This document shows positions 18,995 through 27,515 of a stretch of DNA of 64,000 nt, piece after piece. The stretch lies in contig CAWIIN010000003.1 in NCBI GenBank assembly GCA_963836285.1, forward strand, positions 14,708 to 78,707, read 5' to 3'. How positions within the stretch are numbered: the first letter of the stretch is position 1; each line of letters opens with the position of its first letter. The notes beneath the pieces were generated by a model. That model searched no databases. It saw only the letters and a list, made by a program, of their open reading frames with translations, and was not told the DNA's origin. Made by a program: the position numbers and the translations under genes. Source of the stretch: an uncultured Acidobacteriota bacterium. GTDB taxonomy: Bacteria > Acidobacteriota > Thermoanaerobaculia > UBA5066.

Positions 18995-19264
18995 TCAGGC
19001 TCCGGGGAGGCCCTTGATCTGCTGCTCCATCGCCTCGAGTCCCTCGAGGACGCGCATCGTCTGCGAGCAGCGGTCGCACTCCCCCGGCGCCTGCGGGCAC
19101 GGCTTCTCGGGGCAGAACGGCTCCTTGGCGGCCATGAGCAGTCCCTCGACGACCGTCTTGACGCGCGCGCGCACCGGGGACTCGGAGGTTTCGCGGAGGA
19201 GCCGGATCAGCTCCATCTCCGCAGGGCTGAGCATCGCGACGACGGGCTGGTTTCCCTGGCTCAC
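18995..19264 (-). CDS. small Cys4 protein, uncharacterised family (paralogue A)
   Basis: GTG start with GGGAGG 9 nt upstream. It is 89 aa, with LSPAEMELIRLLRE...VVEGL...CPEKPCPQAPGECDRC...LEGLEAM...GLPGA. It is clearly homologous to the ORF at 41681..41956. Confidence 0.6.
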   Translation of the reverse strand: MSQGNQPVVAMLSPAEMELIRLLRETSESPVRARVKTVVEGLLMAAKEPFCPEKPCPQAPGECDRCSQTMRVLEGLEAMEQQIKGLPGA

Positions 19265-19317
19265 GGACGGCCTCCCGAGACGGAATCTTAGTCCGGCGCC
19301 GCCGAAGCCCGCACGAG

Positions 19318-19332
19318 GCAGATGAATCAGGG
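19318..19332. promoter_or_regulatory. conserved 15-nt motif GCAGATGAATCAGGG upstream of small Cys4 ORF A (copy 1)
   Basis: Same 15-mer as 44849-44863. It lies in the 88-nt spacer between the serine hydrolase stop and the ORF A start. Confidence 0.5.
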
Positions 19333-19352
19333 ATCGCCGACCGCTGGACCCA

Positions 19353-20426
19353 TCAGGGTGTCGGAGGTCCCGTGCGGACCACCGTCGCGGGCGCCGCCGC
19401 CATCAACAGCTCCCAGAACCGCGGGTTGAAGTCGTCGCCCGGCGAATCGCCCAGGCGCACCACCACGAGATCGAGGCTCGGCACCACGTACACCTTGCGT
19501 CCCAGCGCTCCCTGCGCGGCGTACAGATCCCGCGGAGCAGCGGGCGCGAGCACCGCATTGCCGGCCGCCCCCGGCGCGGTGCCCGGCGGCCGGCCGTTCA
19601 GCCACCACAGGAGGCCGTAGGCCGGATTGAGGCCTTGCGACGGCTTGACGGCCGTCTCGACAAATCCTTTCGATACCAGCCTCCGCCCCTGCCAGACGCC
19701 CCCGGCCAGCATCAACTCGCCGAATCGGACGAGGTCCCGTGCCGTCGTGAAGAGTCCGAGCAAGTTGGCATCCATGCCGGGGGTAACCCAGCGCCGCCGT
19801 CGCCATCCCGTGTTGTCCATGCCGATCGGGTCCGTCAGCCAGCGCTTCGTGAGCGAGCCGATTCCGTCCCCGGTGACCGCTTCCAGCACGTCCACCAGCC
19901 GGCTGTAGGCCCGTGTGTTGTATTGCCACACGCTCCCGGCGGGCGCCTGATACTCGAGCGCGGGCGAGAGTCCGCTGGTCATGGACAACAGGTGCCGGAC
20001 CGTGATCACGGATTCTTCGTCGCATGTGGCGTTGGACCAACCGGCATGGAGATACGTCGAGACCGGCACGGCAAGATCGAGCAGCCCCTGGTCGGCCGCG
20101 ATCCCCACCAGCACCGACACGATGCTCTTCTGCAGAGAGGCGACGTCTTCGATGGGCGCACCGGCCTCGGTCTTGCCCCACACCTGGTTCGCGTACGGCG
20201 ACCCGGCGCCCGCCTCCACGGGCCAGTAGCGTTCCGCGATCACCTTGCCGTGGTGGACGACGATGACGGCGCTCGAACGCTCACGCTGCGCATAAGCCAG
20301 CAGGGACTCCAGTGCAGCCTGGTTCCATGGATGCTCACCGCCGGTCGCTTCGCCCTCCGCCGCGACGCGCGAGGGCTCTGCGAGCCCGACCAGCATCATC
20401 AGGATCGCCAGACCGAGTCCCTTCAC
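19353..20426 (-). CDS. beta-lactamase-related serine hydrolase (class C/PBP4-like), secreted
   Basis: Signal peptide MKGLGLAILMMLVGLAEP. The S-x-x-K motif ASLQKS and a YxN-like region are present. Confidence 0.75.
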   Translation of the reverse strand: MKGLGLAILMMLVGLAEPSRVAAEGEATGGEHPWNQAALESLLAYAQRERSSAVIVVHHGKVIAERYWPVEAGAGSPYANQVWGKTEAGAPIEDVASLQKSIVSVLVGIAADQGLLDLAVPVSTYLHAGWSNATCDEESVITVRHLLSMTSGLSPALEYQAPAGSVWQYNTRAYSRLVDVLEAVTGDGIGSLTKRWLTDPIGMDNTGWRRRRWVTPGMDANLLGLFTTARDLVRFGELMLAGGVWQGRRLVSKGFVETAVKPSQGLNPAYGLLWWLNGRPPGTAPGAAGNAVLAPAAPRDLYAAQGALGRKVYVVPSLDLVVVRLGDSPGDDFNPRFWELLMAAAPATVVRTGPPTP

Positions 20427-20455
20427 GGCTCCTGACCCCGCGACATCGCGTGTCC

Positions 20456-21649
20456 CTACCGCCGCCGCACCACCTCACCGCTGCCCATGCCGCCGCCGAC
20501 GCACCGGGTGGTGACGCCGAGGGCCGCGTCTCTCAGGCGCAGCTGGTGGACCATGTCCACGACCTGGCGCGCGCCCGTGCAGCCCACCGGGTGCCCGAGG
20601 GAGATGCCGCTGCCCCACTGGTTCGTACGCTCTGCCTCGAGCCCGGGGAGGACGTGGTATGCCGCCGCGACGACCGCGGCAAATGCCTCGTTGATCTCGA
20701 AGTAGTCCACCGCGGAGAGGTCGACACCGGCTCTCGTCAGGAGAGGCGGGATGACCTTGAAAGCGCCCTCGCCCATGAACGCGCGCTCGACGCCGACGTT
20801 GTGATAGGCCACGATCTCCGCGAGGGGCTCGAGCCCGAGCTCGGCGGCGCGCTCCTCGCTGGCGAGCAGCACCACCGCGGCACCGTCGTTGAGAGTCGAG
20901 GCGTTCGCCGAAGTGATGGTGCCCCCGTCCTTCTTGAAGTAAGGCTTGGCGGCCGCCAGTTGCTCGAGGGTCACCGGCCGCGGCCCCTCGTCCCGGGCCA
21001 CGACGACCGGTGCGCCGCGTTTCTGCGGCACCTCCACGGGCACCACGTAGCCGCCGAAGGCCCCCTTCTCCCAGGCGTCGAGGGCCGCGTGGTGGCTGCG
21101 GTAAGCGGCCTCGTCCTGCTCCTCGCGGGTCACGGCGTACTTGTCCACGAGGCGCTCGGTGAGGAGGCCCATCAGCTCGCCGCCGCACACGTGCGCGTCG
21201 GTGAGGGCGCCGAAGAGGCCGTCCATCAAGGTCATGTCGCCGTACATCTGGTTCTTCGTGCGACCCGTGAAGAGGTAACGCGGCACGTTGCTCATGGACT
21301 CGACCCCGCCGGCGATGCCGAGCGAGACCTCCCCGAGCAGGATGCGCCGGCACAGGCTGTGGATCGCGGCGCCGCCGGAGGCGCAGTTTTCCTGGTAGGT
21401 GGTTCCGGGCACGGTCGGCGGCACGCCCGCCAGCTCGGCCGCGGTCTTGGCCAGGTTGGGAGAGCGCGGATCCTGCATGACCCAGCCCATGCACGTGTAC
21501 TCGACCGCTGCGGGGTCGATCCGGGCCGAGCCGAGGAGAGCCTTGATCACGTGGGTGGCGAGCTGCTCGGCCTGCAGGCTCGCGAGGCCTCCCCCGATGG
21601 CGCCGATCGGCGTGCGCACGGCTCGAACGATGACGACCTTGTCAGGCAC
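20456..21649 (-). CDS. acetyl-CoA C-acetyltransferase (thiolase II)
   Basis: The MPDKVVIVRAVRTPIGAIGG start, the CASGG active-site Cys, and the C-terminal GHPVGCTGARQV / CVGGGMG motifs are present. Confidence 0.9.
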   Translation of the reverse strand: MPDKVVIVRAVRTPIGAIGGGLASLQAEQLATHVIKALLGSARIDPAAVEYTCMGWVMQDPRSPNLAKTAAELAGVPPTVPGTTYQENCASGGAAIHSLCRRILLGEVSLGIAGGVESMSNVPRYLFTGRTKNQMYGDMTLMDGLFGALTDAHVCGGELMGLLTERLVDKYAVTREEQDEAAYRSHHAALDAWEKGAFGGYVVPVEVPQKRGAPVVVARDEGPRPVTLEQLAAAKPYFKKDGGTITSANASTLNDGAAVVLLASEERAAELGLEPLAEIVAYHNVGVERAFMGEGAFKVIPPLLTRAGVDLSAVDYFEINEAFAAVVAAAYHVLPGLEAERTNQWGSGISLGHPVGCTGARQVVDMVHQLRLRDAALGVTTRCVGGGMGSGEVVRRR

Positions 21650-21703
21650 GTTGCCCTCCGCCGGAAGGCGCGGTTCCCCGCGCCTTCCTATCCCTTCGGT
21701 GTG

Positions 21704-24502
21704 TCAGAACGCGACCTGGGCCCTGACCTGCAACCGTCTCGGGCCGACCCAGCCCGATGGCTCGAAGTTCTGGCCCGGGAAGAGCACCCACGACGAGTAG
21801 TACTCCACGGCGTCGTCGTTGAGCGCGTTGAGAAGCTGCAGACCGAGGTCAAGGGTCACGCCCTTGCCCAGGTTGAAGGTCTTCTGCAGGCCCAGGTCGA
21901 GAATTGCCTGACTCGGCAGCCGGAGGCTGTCGCTGGCGTCCGCGGTGACGGTGATGACCGTTCCGGTCGTCGGCCCGATGACGTTCGCGAGCCGGGCGTA
22001 GGGCCGGCCGCTCTGCCAGTTGAAGACGCCGCTCGCCCTGAGGCCCCAGCCGAGGTCGACGTTCGACTGGATCCGGAACATGTGGGTCCGGTCGCCCTCC
22101 TGCAGGTGGTAGGCGTTGTACCAGTCGTTGGGGTCGGACCCCTCGTCGCTGCTGAACACCGGCAATCCCTGTCCCAGGGAGCCGTTGTAGTGAGGCCTCG
22201 GATTGATCCCCTCCGTCTTCGAGTAGGTGTAGGACGCCATCAGGTCCCAGCCGCGGCTGTAGCGCTTCTTGAACGTCAGGATGGCGCCCCTGTAGTACAT
22301 GTGGTAGGTGTCGTTGGGCGCGAGGGACCCCGGCCCCGGTCCGTTGCCCTTGTGCAACGTCGGGTTCTTCGTGAGCTCGCAGAGCGGGATCTGCTCCTTG
22401 ACGTCCGTCGTCCAGGGGTCGTCCCAAAGGAACGTCTTGCAGGTGCCGTCGGCCTCGATCTGCCAGCCGATCATGTCGTCGGTGTGCTTGTAGATGAACT
22501 GCGCCCCGACGGCGAAGTCGCTGCCGATCTGGTGGTCGTAGGACGCCGCGAACTGATCCGTGTAGGGGTTCTTCACGCCTGGAGCGAGCAGCTGGTCGGG
22601 CGGCGGGGCCGCCACCGACGAGACGCGGAACTGGTACGGATAGACGAACCAGACTTCCGAGTTGCCCCGTCCCGGCGGCGGGTAGTACCACGCGGACGAA
22701 ACCGGGCCGTCCCAGAAGCGGCCGTAGAACCCCCGCAGCACGGACTTCCCGTCGTTCGTCGGCTGCCAGGCGAAGCCGATGCGCGGCGCGAAATTACTCC
22801 AGTGGATCATGTCCGCGGACGGCAGCATCACGTCCGTCGGGTTTCCGGCGAGGTCGAGCTGCGGGTAGGAAGGGATCTTGCCCTTCTGATCGTCGTAGCG
22901 CACGCCCACGTCGAGCGTCAGCCGGTTGCTGATCTTCCACGAATCCGTCAGGAACGCCGACCACGTCGTGGTCTCGGCCCCGTAGATGAGGGGCGGAATG
23001 ATCTGGTAGCGGAACTCCCAGTAGGGGTCCGTGAAGCCCGGGCTCGGCGGCTGCTTCCACAGGAAGGTGGAATGAGCGGCGTTCCGCTGGCCGCTTCCCT
23101 CGTTGTACTGGACGCCGAACTTGAACTCGTGGCTCCCCTTGATGAAGTCGCTCGCGAACTGCGACAGCACCGCGTCGGCCTGGGTGTACTTCTCCTTGCG
23201 GCCGCTGAACCAGAAGATCCCGCCGAGGTTGAGGGGCGGGCCCAGATAGGTGGCGTCCTGCAGGTACTCTTCCGTGCTGCCGGTGCGCGAAGCCATGTCC
23301 TGGTTCTTGTCCCAGTACCCGCCCCGAAGGTTGAGCAGCGTGCTGGGGGCCAGGTTCCCGGTGTAGTCACCCGTGATCATGTTGATGTCGATGTCGGTCT
23401 TCACGACGGCCGAAAGCGCCGTGTACATGTCGGGCGCGGGGACGATCTTCCCTTTCGCCGTGTGTCCACGAACGTCGAGGTGATGGCCGTCGGCGATCTG
23501 CCAGCTCAGCTTTCCGTCGTAGCGGCTGTCCGTCGTGCCGGAGCCGTCGACCCCCGAGACGCCATTGGGGCCCACGATGTTGATCTTGTCCCACTGGCCG
23601 GCGCCGAAGAACCACAGCTTGTCGCGGAGAATCGGCCCCCCGAGGGTCGCACGTGTGTCGTAGTAGTCGTCGACGGTGTACGTGCCCGCAGGTTCCCAGA
23701 GGCGGTAGGAATAGAGTTTCGATCTGTCGAGTGTGACGTTCGAACCGGTGAGGGCGTTGTTCGACCAGTAGCCTCCGGCCGAGCCGTGGTACTGGTTGGT
23801 CCCGGACTTCGTGACCATGTTGTAGACGTTGCCCGCCGTGCTGCCGTACTCCGCCCCGGCCCCGAAGCCCTTGAGCGAGGTCTCCTGAACGATCTCCGGG
23901 TTGATCAACCAGCCCAGCCAGCCGCCCTCGGGGGACGCCAGATTGAGGCCGTCGATGTTCCACTGCTGGGACGTGACGTTGCCGCCGTACGCCGCGAGCA
24001 GGGCATTTCCCTCGTTGGGCGAGCTCACGGCCGGAGCCACCGAGATGATGTCGGTGAAGTTGTTGCGCGTCGGCAGGGACTGGACGAACTGGGAGTCGTA
24101 GTTGACGGCCACGGCCGAGCTCACCACGTCTACCAGGGGGGCCGTGGCCGTCACGGTCATTTCCGAGGCGGCCTGCAGCGGCACGCGGATCTTGACCGAA
24201 GCCACGGCGTCGATCGACACCCGGACGTCCTTGACCCGCTGGGTCTTGAACCCCGAGACGCTGGCCGAGAGCGCATAGCGCCCGACCGGCAGGGCGCCGT
24301 AGCGGAAGGCGCCCTTTGCGTCGGACGTCGTCAGGCGCTCGGCTCCCGGGATCGGGTCCCCGGTGAGCTTCACCGTGGCGCCCGGGAGCGGCTGGCCTTC
24401 CGAATCGGTCACTTGGCCCTGGATCGACCCGGTAATCTGGGCGAATCCGTTGGTGGCTGCCAGTAACAGCAGACCGAGAATGACCCACTTCCCTGACCTC
24501 AT
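21704..24502 (-). CDS. TonB-dependent receptor with N-terminal carboxypeptidase-regulatory-like domain
   Basis: Start MRSGKWVILGLLLLAATNGFAQ with GGAGG upstream. ITGSIQGQVTDSEGQPLPGATVKL is the CarbopepD_reg domain typical of Acidobacterial TBDRs. The C-terminal residue is F. Confidence 0.85.
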   Translation of the reverse strand: MRSGKWVILGLLLLAATNGFAQITGSIQGQVTDSEGQPLPGATVKLTGDPIPGAERLTTSDAKGAFRYGALPVGRYALSASVSGFKTQRVKDVRVSIDAVASVKIRVPLQAASEMTVTATAPLVDVVSSAVAVNYDSQFVQSLPTRNNFTDIISVAPAVSSPNEGNALLAAYGGNVTSQQWNIDGLNLASPEGGWLGWLINPEIVQETSLKGFGAGAEYGSTAGNVYNMVTKSGTNQYHGSAGGYWSNNALTGSNVTLDRSKLYSYRLWEPAGTYTVDDYYDTRATLGGPILRDKLWFFGAGQWDKINIVGPNGVSGVDGSGTTDSRYDGKLSWQIADGHHLDVRGHTAKGKIVPAPDMYTALSAVVKTDIDINMITGDYTGNLAPSTLLNLRGGYWDKNQDMASRTGSTEEYLQDATYLGPPLNLGGIFWFSGRKEKYTQADAVLSQFASDFIKGSHEFKFGVQYNEGSGQRNAAHSTFLWKQPPSPGFTDPYWEFRYQIIPPLIYGAETTTWSAFLTDSWKISNRLTLDVGVRYDDQKGKIPSYPQLDLAGNPTDVMLPSADMIHWSNFAPRIGFAWQPTNDGKSVLRGFYGRFWDGPVSSAWYYPPPGRGNSEVWFVYPYQFRVSSVAAPPPDQLLAPGVKNPYTDQFAASYDHQIGSDFAVGAQFIYKHTDDMIGWQIEADGTCKTFLWDDPWTTDVKEQIPLCELTKNPTLHKGNGPGPGSLAPNDTYHMYYRGAILTFKKRYSRGWDLMASYTYSKTEGINPRPHYNGSLGQGLPVFSSDEGSDPNDWYNAYHLQEGDRTHMFRIQSNVDLGWGLRASGVFNWQSGRPYARLANVIGPTTGTVITVTADASDSLRLPSQAILDLGLQKTFNLGKGVTLDLGLQLLNALNDDAVEYYSSWVLFPGQNFEPSGWVGPRRLQVRAQVAF

Positions 24503-24520
24503 GATCCCCTCCCTGCCTCC

Positions 24521-24549
24521 ATAAGTTGACCGGCCTGCCGGTATAGTTC
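24521..24549. promoter_or_regulatory. palindromic operator ACCGGCCTGCCGGT (copy 1) in the tetR/TBDR divergent promoter
   Basis: It reads CATAAGTTGACCGGCCTGCCGGTATAGTTC, with a 5-bp inverted repeat ACCGG-N4-CCGGT at 24529-24542 in an AT-rich context. It is nearly identical to the site at 35307-35335. Confidence 0.6.
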
Positions 24550-24611
24550 TAACATCTGATACCCTCGAACGCGCGCCTGTCAAGGGAAAACTAGCGAGAA
24601 AGAAGGCCCGA

Positions 24612-25247
24612 TTGAAGGCTCGACCGAGACCGGCAACGACGATGAAATCCCCCGCTCGCCCCCCCCGTCGGGCGAGTCGGCGCGACGAGATCCTGCGGCG
24701 CGCCGCACACCTGATCCTGGAGCGAGGATTCGAGATCATCTCGCTGGTGGACGTCGCACGGGCCTGCGAGATCAGCAAAGCCGGGCTGTACTACCACTTC
24801 AACAGCAAGCAGGAGCTGCTGGCCGCGATCATCAGCTACGCCCAGGACATCCACGAGGATGTGATCCGGAAAGAGCTGACCAACAGCGCCGCGGATGCCG
24901 CCGAAGACCTGCGCCGTCTGATCCACTCTCACGCCGTCATGATGACCCGCGAAGACGACGCGGCTTTCGCGATCCTTGCCGTCGACGAGATGCGGTCGCT
25001 GCTGCCGGCCGACCGGGAACGTGTCGCCCGCCGCAAGCGCTTCTACCTCGGCCTCATTCGCGAGCGCCTGGAGCGGCTGGCGGCGGCCGGCAAGCTGCGC
25101 GACGTCGACATCACCGCCGCAACTCACACGCTGGCCGGCATGGTGCTGTGGCTGCCCAAGTGGTACCGACAGCCGGGCAGGCTGTCAGCCGCGCAGATGG
25201 CGGACGAGATCACCGAGCTCGCCATGCACGCCGTCCTGCCGATTTGA
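24612..25247 (+). CDS. TetR/AcrR family transcriptional regulator
   Basis: HTH region ISLVDVARACEISKAGLYYHFNSKQELL. The alternative start MKSPARPP is at 24642. It is divergent from the TonB receptor gene. Confidence 0.85.
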   Translation: MKARPRPATTMKSPARPPRRASRRDEILRRAAHLILERGFEIISLVDVARACEISKAGLYYHFNSKQELLAAIISYAQDIHEDVIRKELTNSAADAAEDLRRLIHSHAVMMTREDDAAFAILAVDEMRSLLPADRERVARRKRFYLGLIRERLERLAAAGKLRDVDITAATHTLAGMVLWLPKWYRQPGRLSAAQMADEITELAMHAVLPI

Positions 25248-27493
25248 GCGGCTTGCGCCGCGAGGCGGTCATCGCCTTCGTCGCCGTGGTGGCGATCGCG
25301 AGCGCCGCTTTCGCCTTCCGCCTCCTGCGCGTTGGAAGGCCGGCGGCTCCGCATGCCCTGGCACGCCCCGATGCCGCGGCAAACGTCATCCTGATCACCC
25401 TCGACACCCTCCGGTCCGACCGTCTCTCGTGCTACGGGTCGAAGACCGTGGATACCCCGAACATCGACGCGTTCGCGGCAGAGGGCGTCCGCTTCACGAA
25501 CGCCGCGAGCACGGTCCCCCTCACCCTCCCCGCGCACGCGTCGATCATGACCGGCCTCTACCCGCCGGGCCACGGCGTACGTGAGAACGTCGGGGCCGTC
25601 CTCGACGCGCGCATCCCGACGCTCGCCGAGCTGCTCGGCAGGAGCGGCTGGGCCACGGCCGGCTTCGTGAGCGCGTTCGTGCTCGACCACCGATGGGGAA
25701 TCGGGCGCGGCTTCGACCGTTACTTCGACGACTTCGATCTCGGCGGGCTGGAGACGGCGAACGTGGCGAACGTGGGGTTGGTGCGACGCGACGGCGCCGA
25801 TACCGTCGCCGCCGCGGTGCGCTGGCTCGACAAGAGGCCGGCCGGCCGCCCGTTCTTCCTCTGGCTCCACCTTTACGACCCTCACGATCCGTACGCGCCG
25901 AAGGAACCCTTTCGCTCGCGTCATCCGGGACGGCCGTACGACGCCGAGGTCGCGTACACCGACTCGCTCGTCGGCGAGTTCCGGCGTGCCCTGGGCGAGC
26001 GTCGACTCCTCGAGCACTCTCTCGTCGTCGTCACCAGCGACCACGGCGAAGGTCTCGGCGACCACGGCGAGACCTTCCACGGCTTCCTCGTGTACGACAC
26101 GACGATTCGCGTCGCGCTCATCGTCAAACCTCCCGCGGGCCTCCGCGCGGGACGTGTCGTGGACCGGACGGTGAGTCACGTCGACATCCTGCCCACGATC
26201 CTCGACATGGTGGGCCTGAAGGCGCCCGAGAACCTCCACGGACGGAGCCTTGCGCCGCTGATCGCCGGCCGGGACGTGCCCTGGGATCGGCCCGTGTACT
26301 CCGAGTCCCTTTACCCGCTGCTGCACTACGGGTGGGCGCCGCTCCGGGCGTTCCGCACGGGCCGCTTCAAGCTCATCGACGTCCCCCGGCCCGAGCTGTA
26401 CGACCTCGCGCAGGATCCCGCCGAGGCACGGAACCTCCACGACGCGGAGCCGAACCGGGCCCGGGAGCTGACCGCCGACCTCGGCCGCCTCCGTCATCGC
26501 ATCGAAAGCGGCACGCCATCGGGCGGGAAAGCGCCCGAGAGGGACGAGCGCTCCGTCGCCAGGCTGCGGTCGCTCGGCTACCTGGCCGGCGGACGAGGCG
26601 TCCACGCCGAGAACGAGGACGAGCGGGCCCGCCCCGATCCCAAGGACCGCCTCGATCTCCACCAGAAGGTCGTGGACGCCCAGAGCAGAATCTCTCACCA
26701 CGAATACGACGCCGCGTCGCGGCTCCTGGAGCAGGTCCTCGCCCGGGATGCGACGATCGTCGACGCACACCAGATGCTGGGCCAGATCGCTTCCGAGCAG
26801 CACCGACCGGAAAACGCGATCCGCCACTTCAAACGGGTCCTCGAGCTCAAGGGCCCGGATGCGCGCACGTCGCTCGCAATCGCCGACAATTACGTCGCCC
26901 TCAGACGGTTCGACGACGCCGCCGCGGTGCTCGAGAAGGCCTCTCAGAACGGTGAATCAGCGCCTTTCTTCGCCAACAAGCTGGGCGAGGTGCGCGTCGA
27001 GCAGGGCCGTGACGGCGAGGCCGTGCCTCTGTTCGAACGCGCGGTCACCCTCGACGACGGCTTCGCCCTCCCCCACTTCAACCTGGGCGTCCTCCACGAG
27101 AAGCGCGGCGAGGTTCGACTCGCCGCCGAGCAGTACACGCGGGCGGTCCAGCTCGAGCCCGGGTTCCTCAGGGCGCAGTTCAACCTCGCCCGGCTTTACG
27201 CCTCGACGGGCGACGTGGAACGGGCGAGGCAGCTCTGGGATGCGTTCCTCGCGTCCAACCCCGGGTCGGTCCAGGGTCGCTATGTTCTGGCGAAGCTCCT
27301 CATGGACACGGGCGGCGATCTCGGACGCGCCGAGAAACTGGCCCGGGAAGGCATCGCGCTCGATCCGGAGAACGCAGAGGGACCGCTCGGCTACTACGTT
27401 CTCGCCGATCTGCTGAACCGCACGGGCCGCGCGGCCGAGGCGCGCGCAGCGGCGGCGAAAGGTCGCGAGATCCAGGGTGCGGGGAAGAACTGA
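25244..27493 (+). CDS. sulfatase-like hydrolase/transferase (alkaline phosphatase superfamily) with C-terminal TPR repeats
   Basis: TTG start overlaps the tetR stop (TTGA). There is an N-terminal TM helix. ILITLDTLRSDRL and TVPLTLPAHASIMTG show Thr at the nucleophile position rather than Cys/Ser. The C-terminal TPR-like region runs from about residue 500 to the end. The alternative ATG at 25148 overlaps tetR by 100 nt. Confidence 0.7.
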   Translation: MSGLRREAVIAFVAVVAIASAAFAFRLLRVGRPAAPHALARPDAAANVILITLDTLRSDRLSCYGSKTVDTPNIDAFAAEGVRFTNAASTVPLTLPAHASIMTGLYPPGHGVRENVGAVLDARIPTLAELLGRSGWATAGFVSAFVLDHRWGIGRGFDRYFDDFDLGGLETANVANVGLVRRDGADTVAAAVRWLDKRPAGRPFFLWLHLYDPHDPYAPKEPFRSRHPGRPYDAEVAYTDSLVGEFRRALGERRLLEHSLVVVTSDHGEGLGDHGETFHGFLVYDTTIRVALIVKPPAGLRAGRVVDRTVSHVDILPTILDMVGLKAPENLHGRSLAPLIAGRDVPWDRPVYSESLYPLLHYGWAPLRAFRTGRFKLIDVPRPELYDLAQDPAEARNLHDAEPNRARELTADLGRLRHRIESGTPSGGKAPERDERSVARLRSLGYLAGGRGVHAENEDERARPDPKDRLDLHQKVVDAQSRISHHEYDAASRLLEQVLARDATIVDAHQMLGQIASEQHRPENAIRHFKRVLELKGPDARTSLAIADNYVALRRFDDAAAVLEKASQNGESAPFFANKLGEVRVEQGRDGEAVPLFERAVTLDDGFALPHFNLGVLHEKRGEVRLAAEQYTRAVQLEPGFLRAQFNLARLYASTGDVERARQLWDAFLASNPGSVQGRYVLAKLLMDTGGDLGRAEKLAREGIALDPENAEGPLGYYVLADLLNRTGRAAEARAAAAKGREIQGAGKN

Positions 27494-27515
27494 CGAACTT
27501 CATGGAGGCCACCGC

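Noticed and set aside
20312-24466. 1384-aa ORF on the + strand, and similar giant ORFs (2831..6103 +, 37282..40692 -, 38430..41438 +, 1107..3080 -)
   Set aside because: They are antisense to well-supported genes (TonB receptor, sucC/hydrolase, acd, amine oxidase). Their translations are Arg/Gly/Pro-rich with no domain signatures. They are the usual consequence of ~70% GC, which gives few stop codons in any frame.
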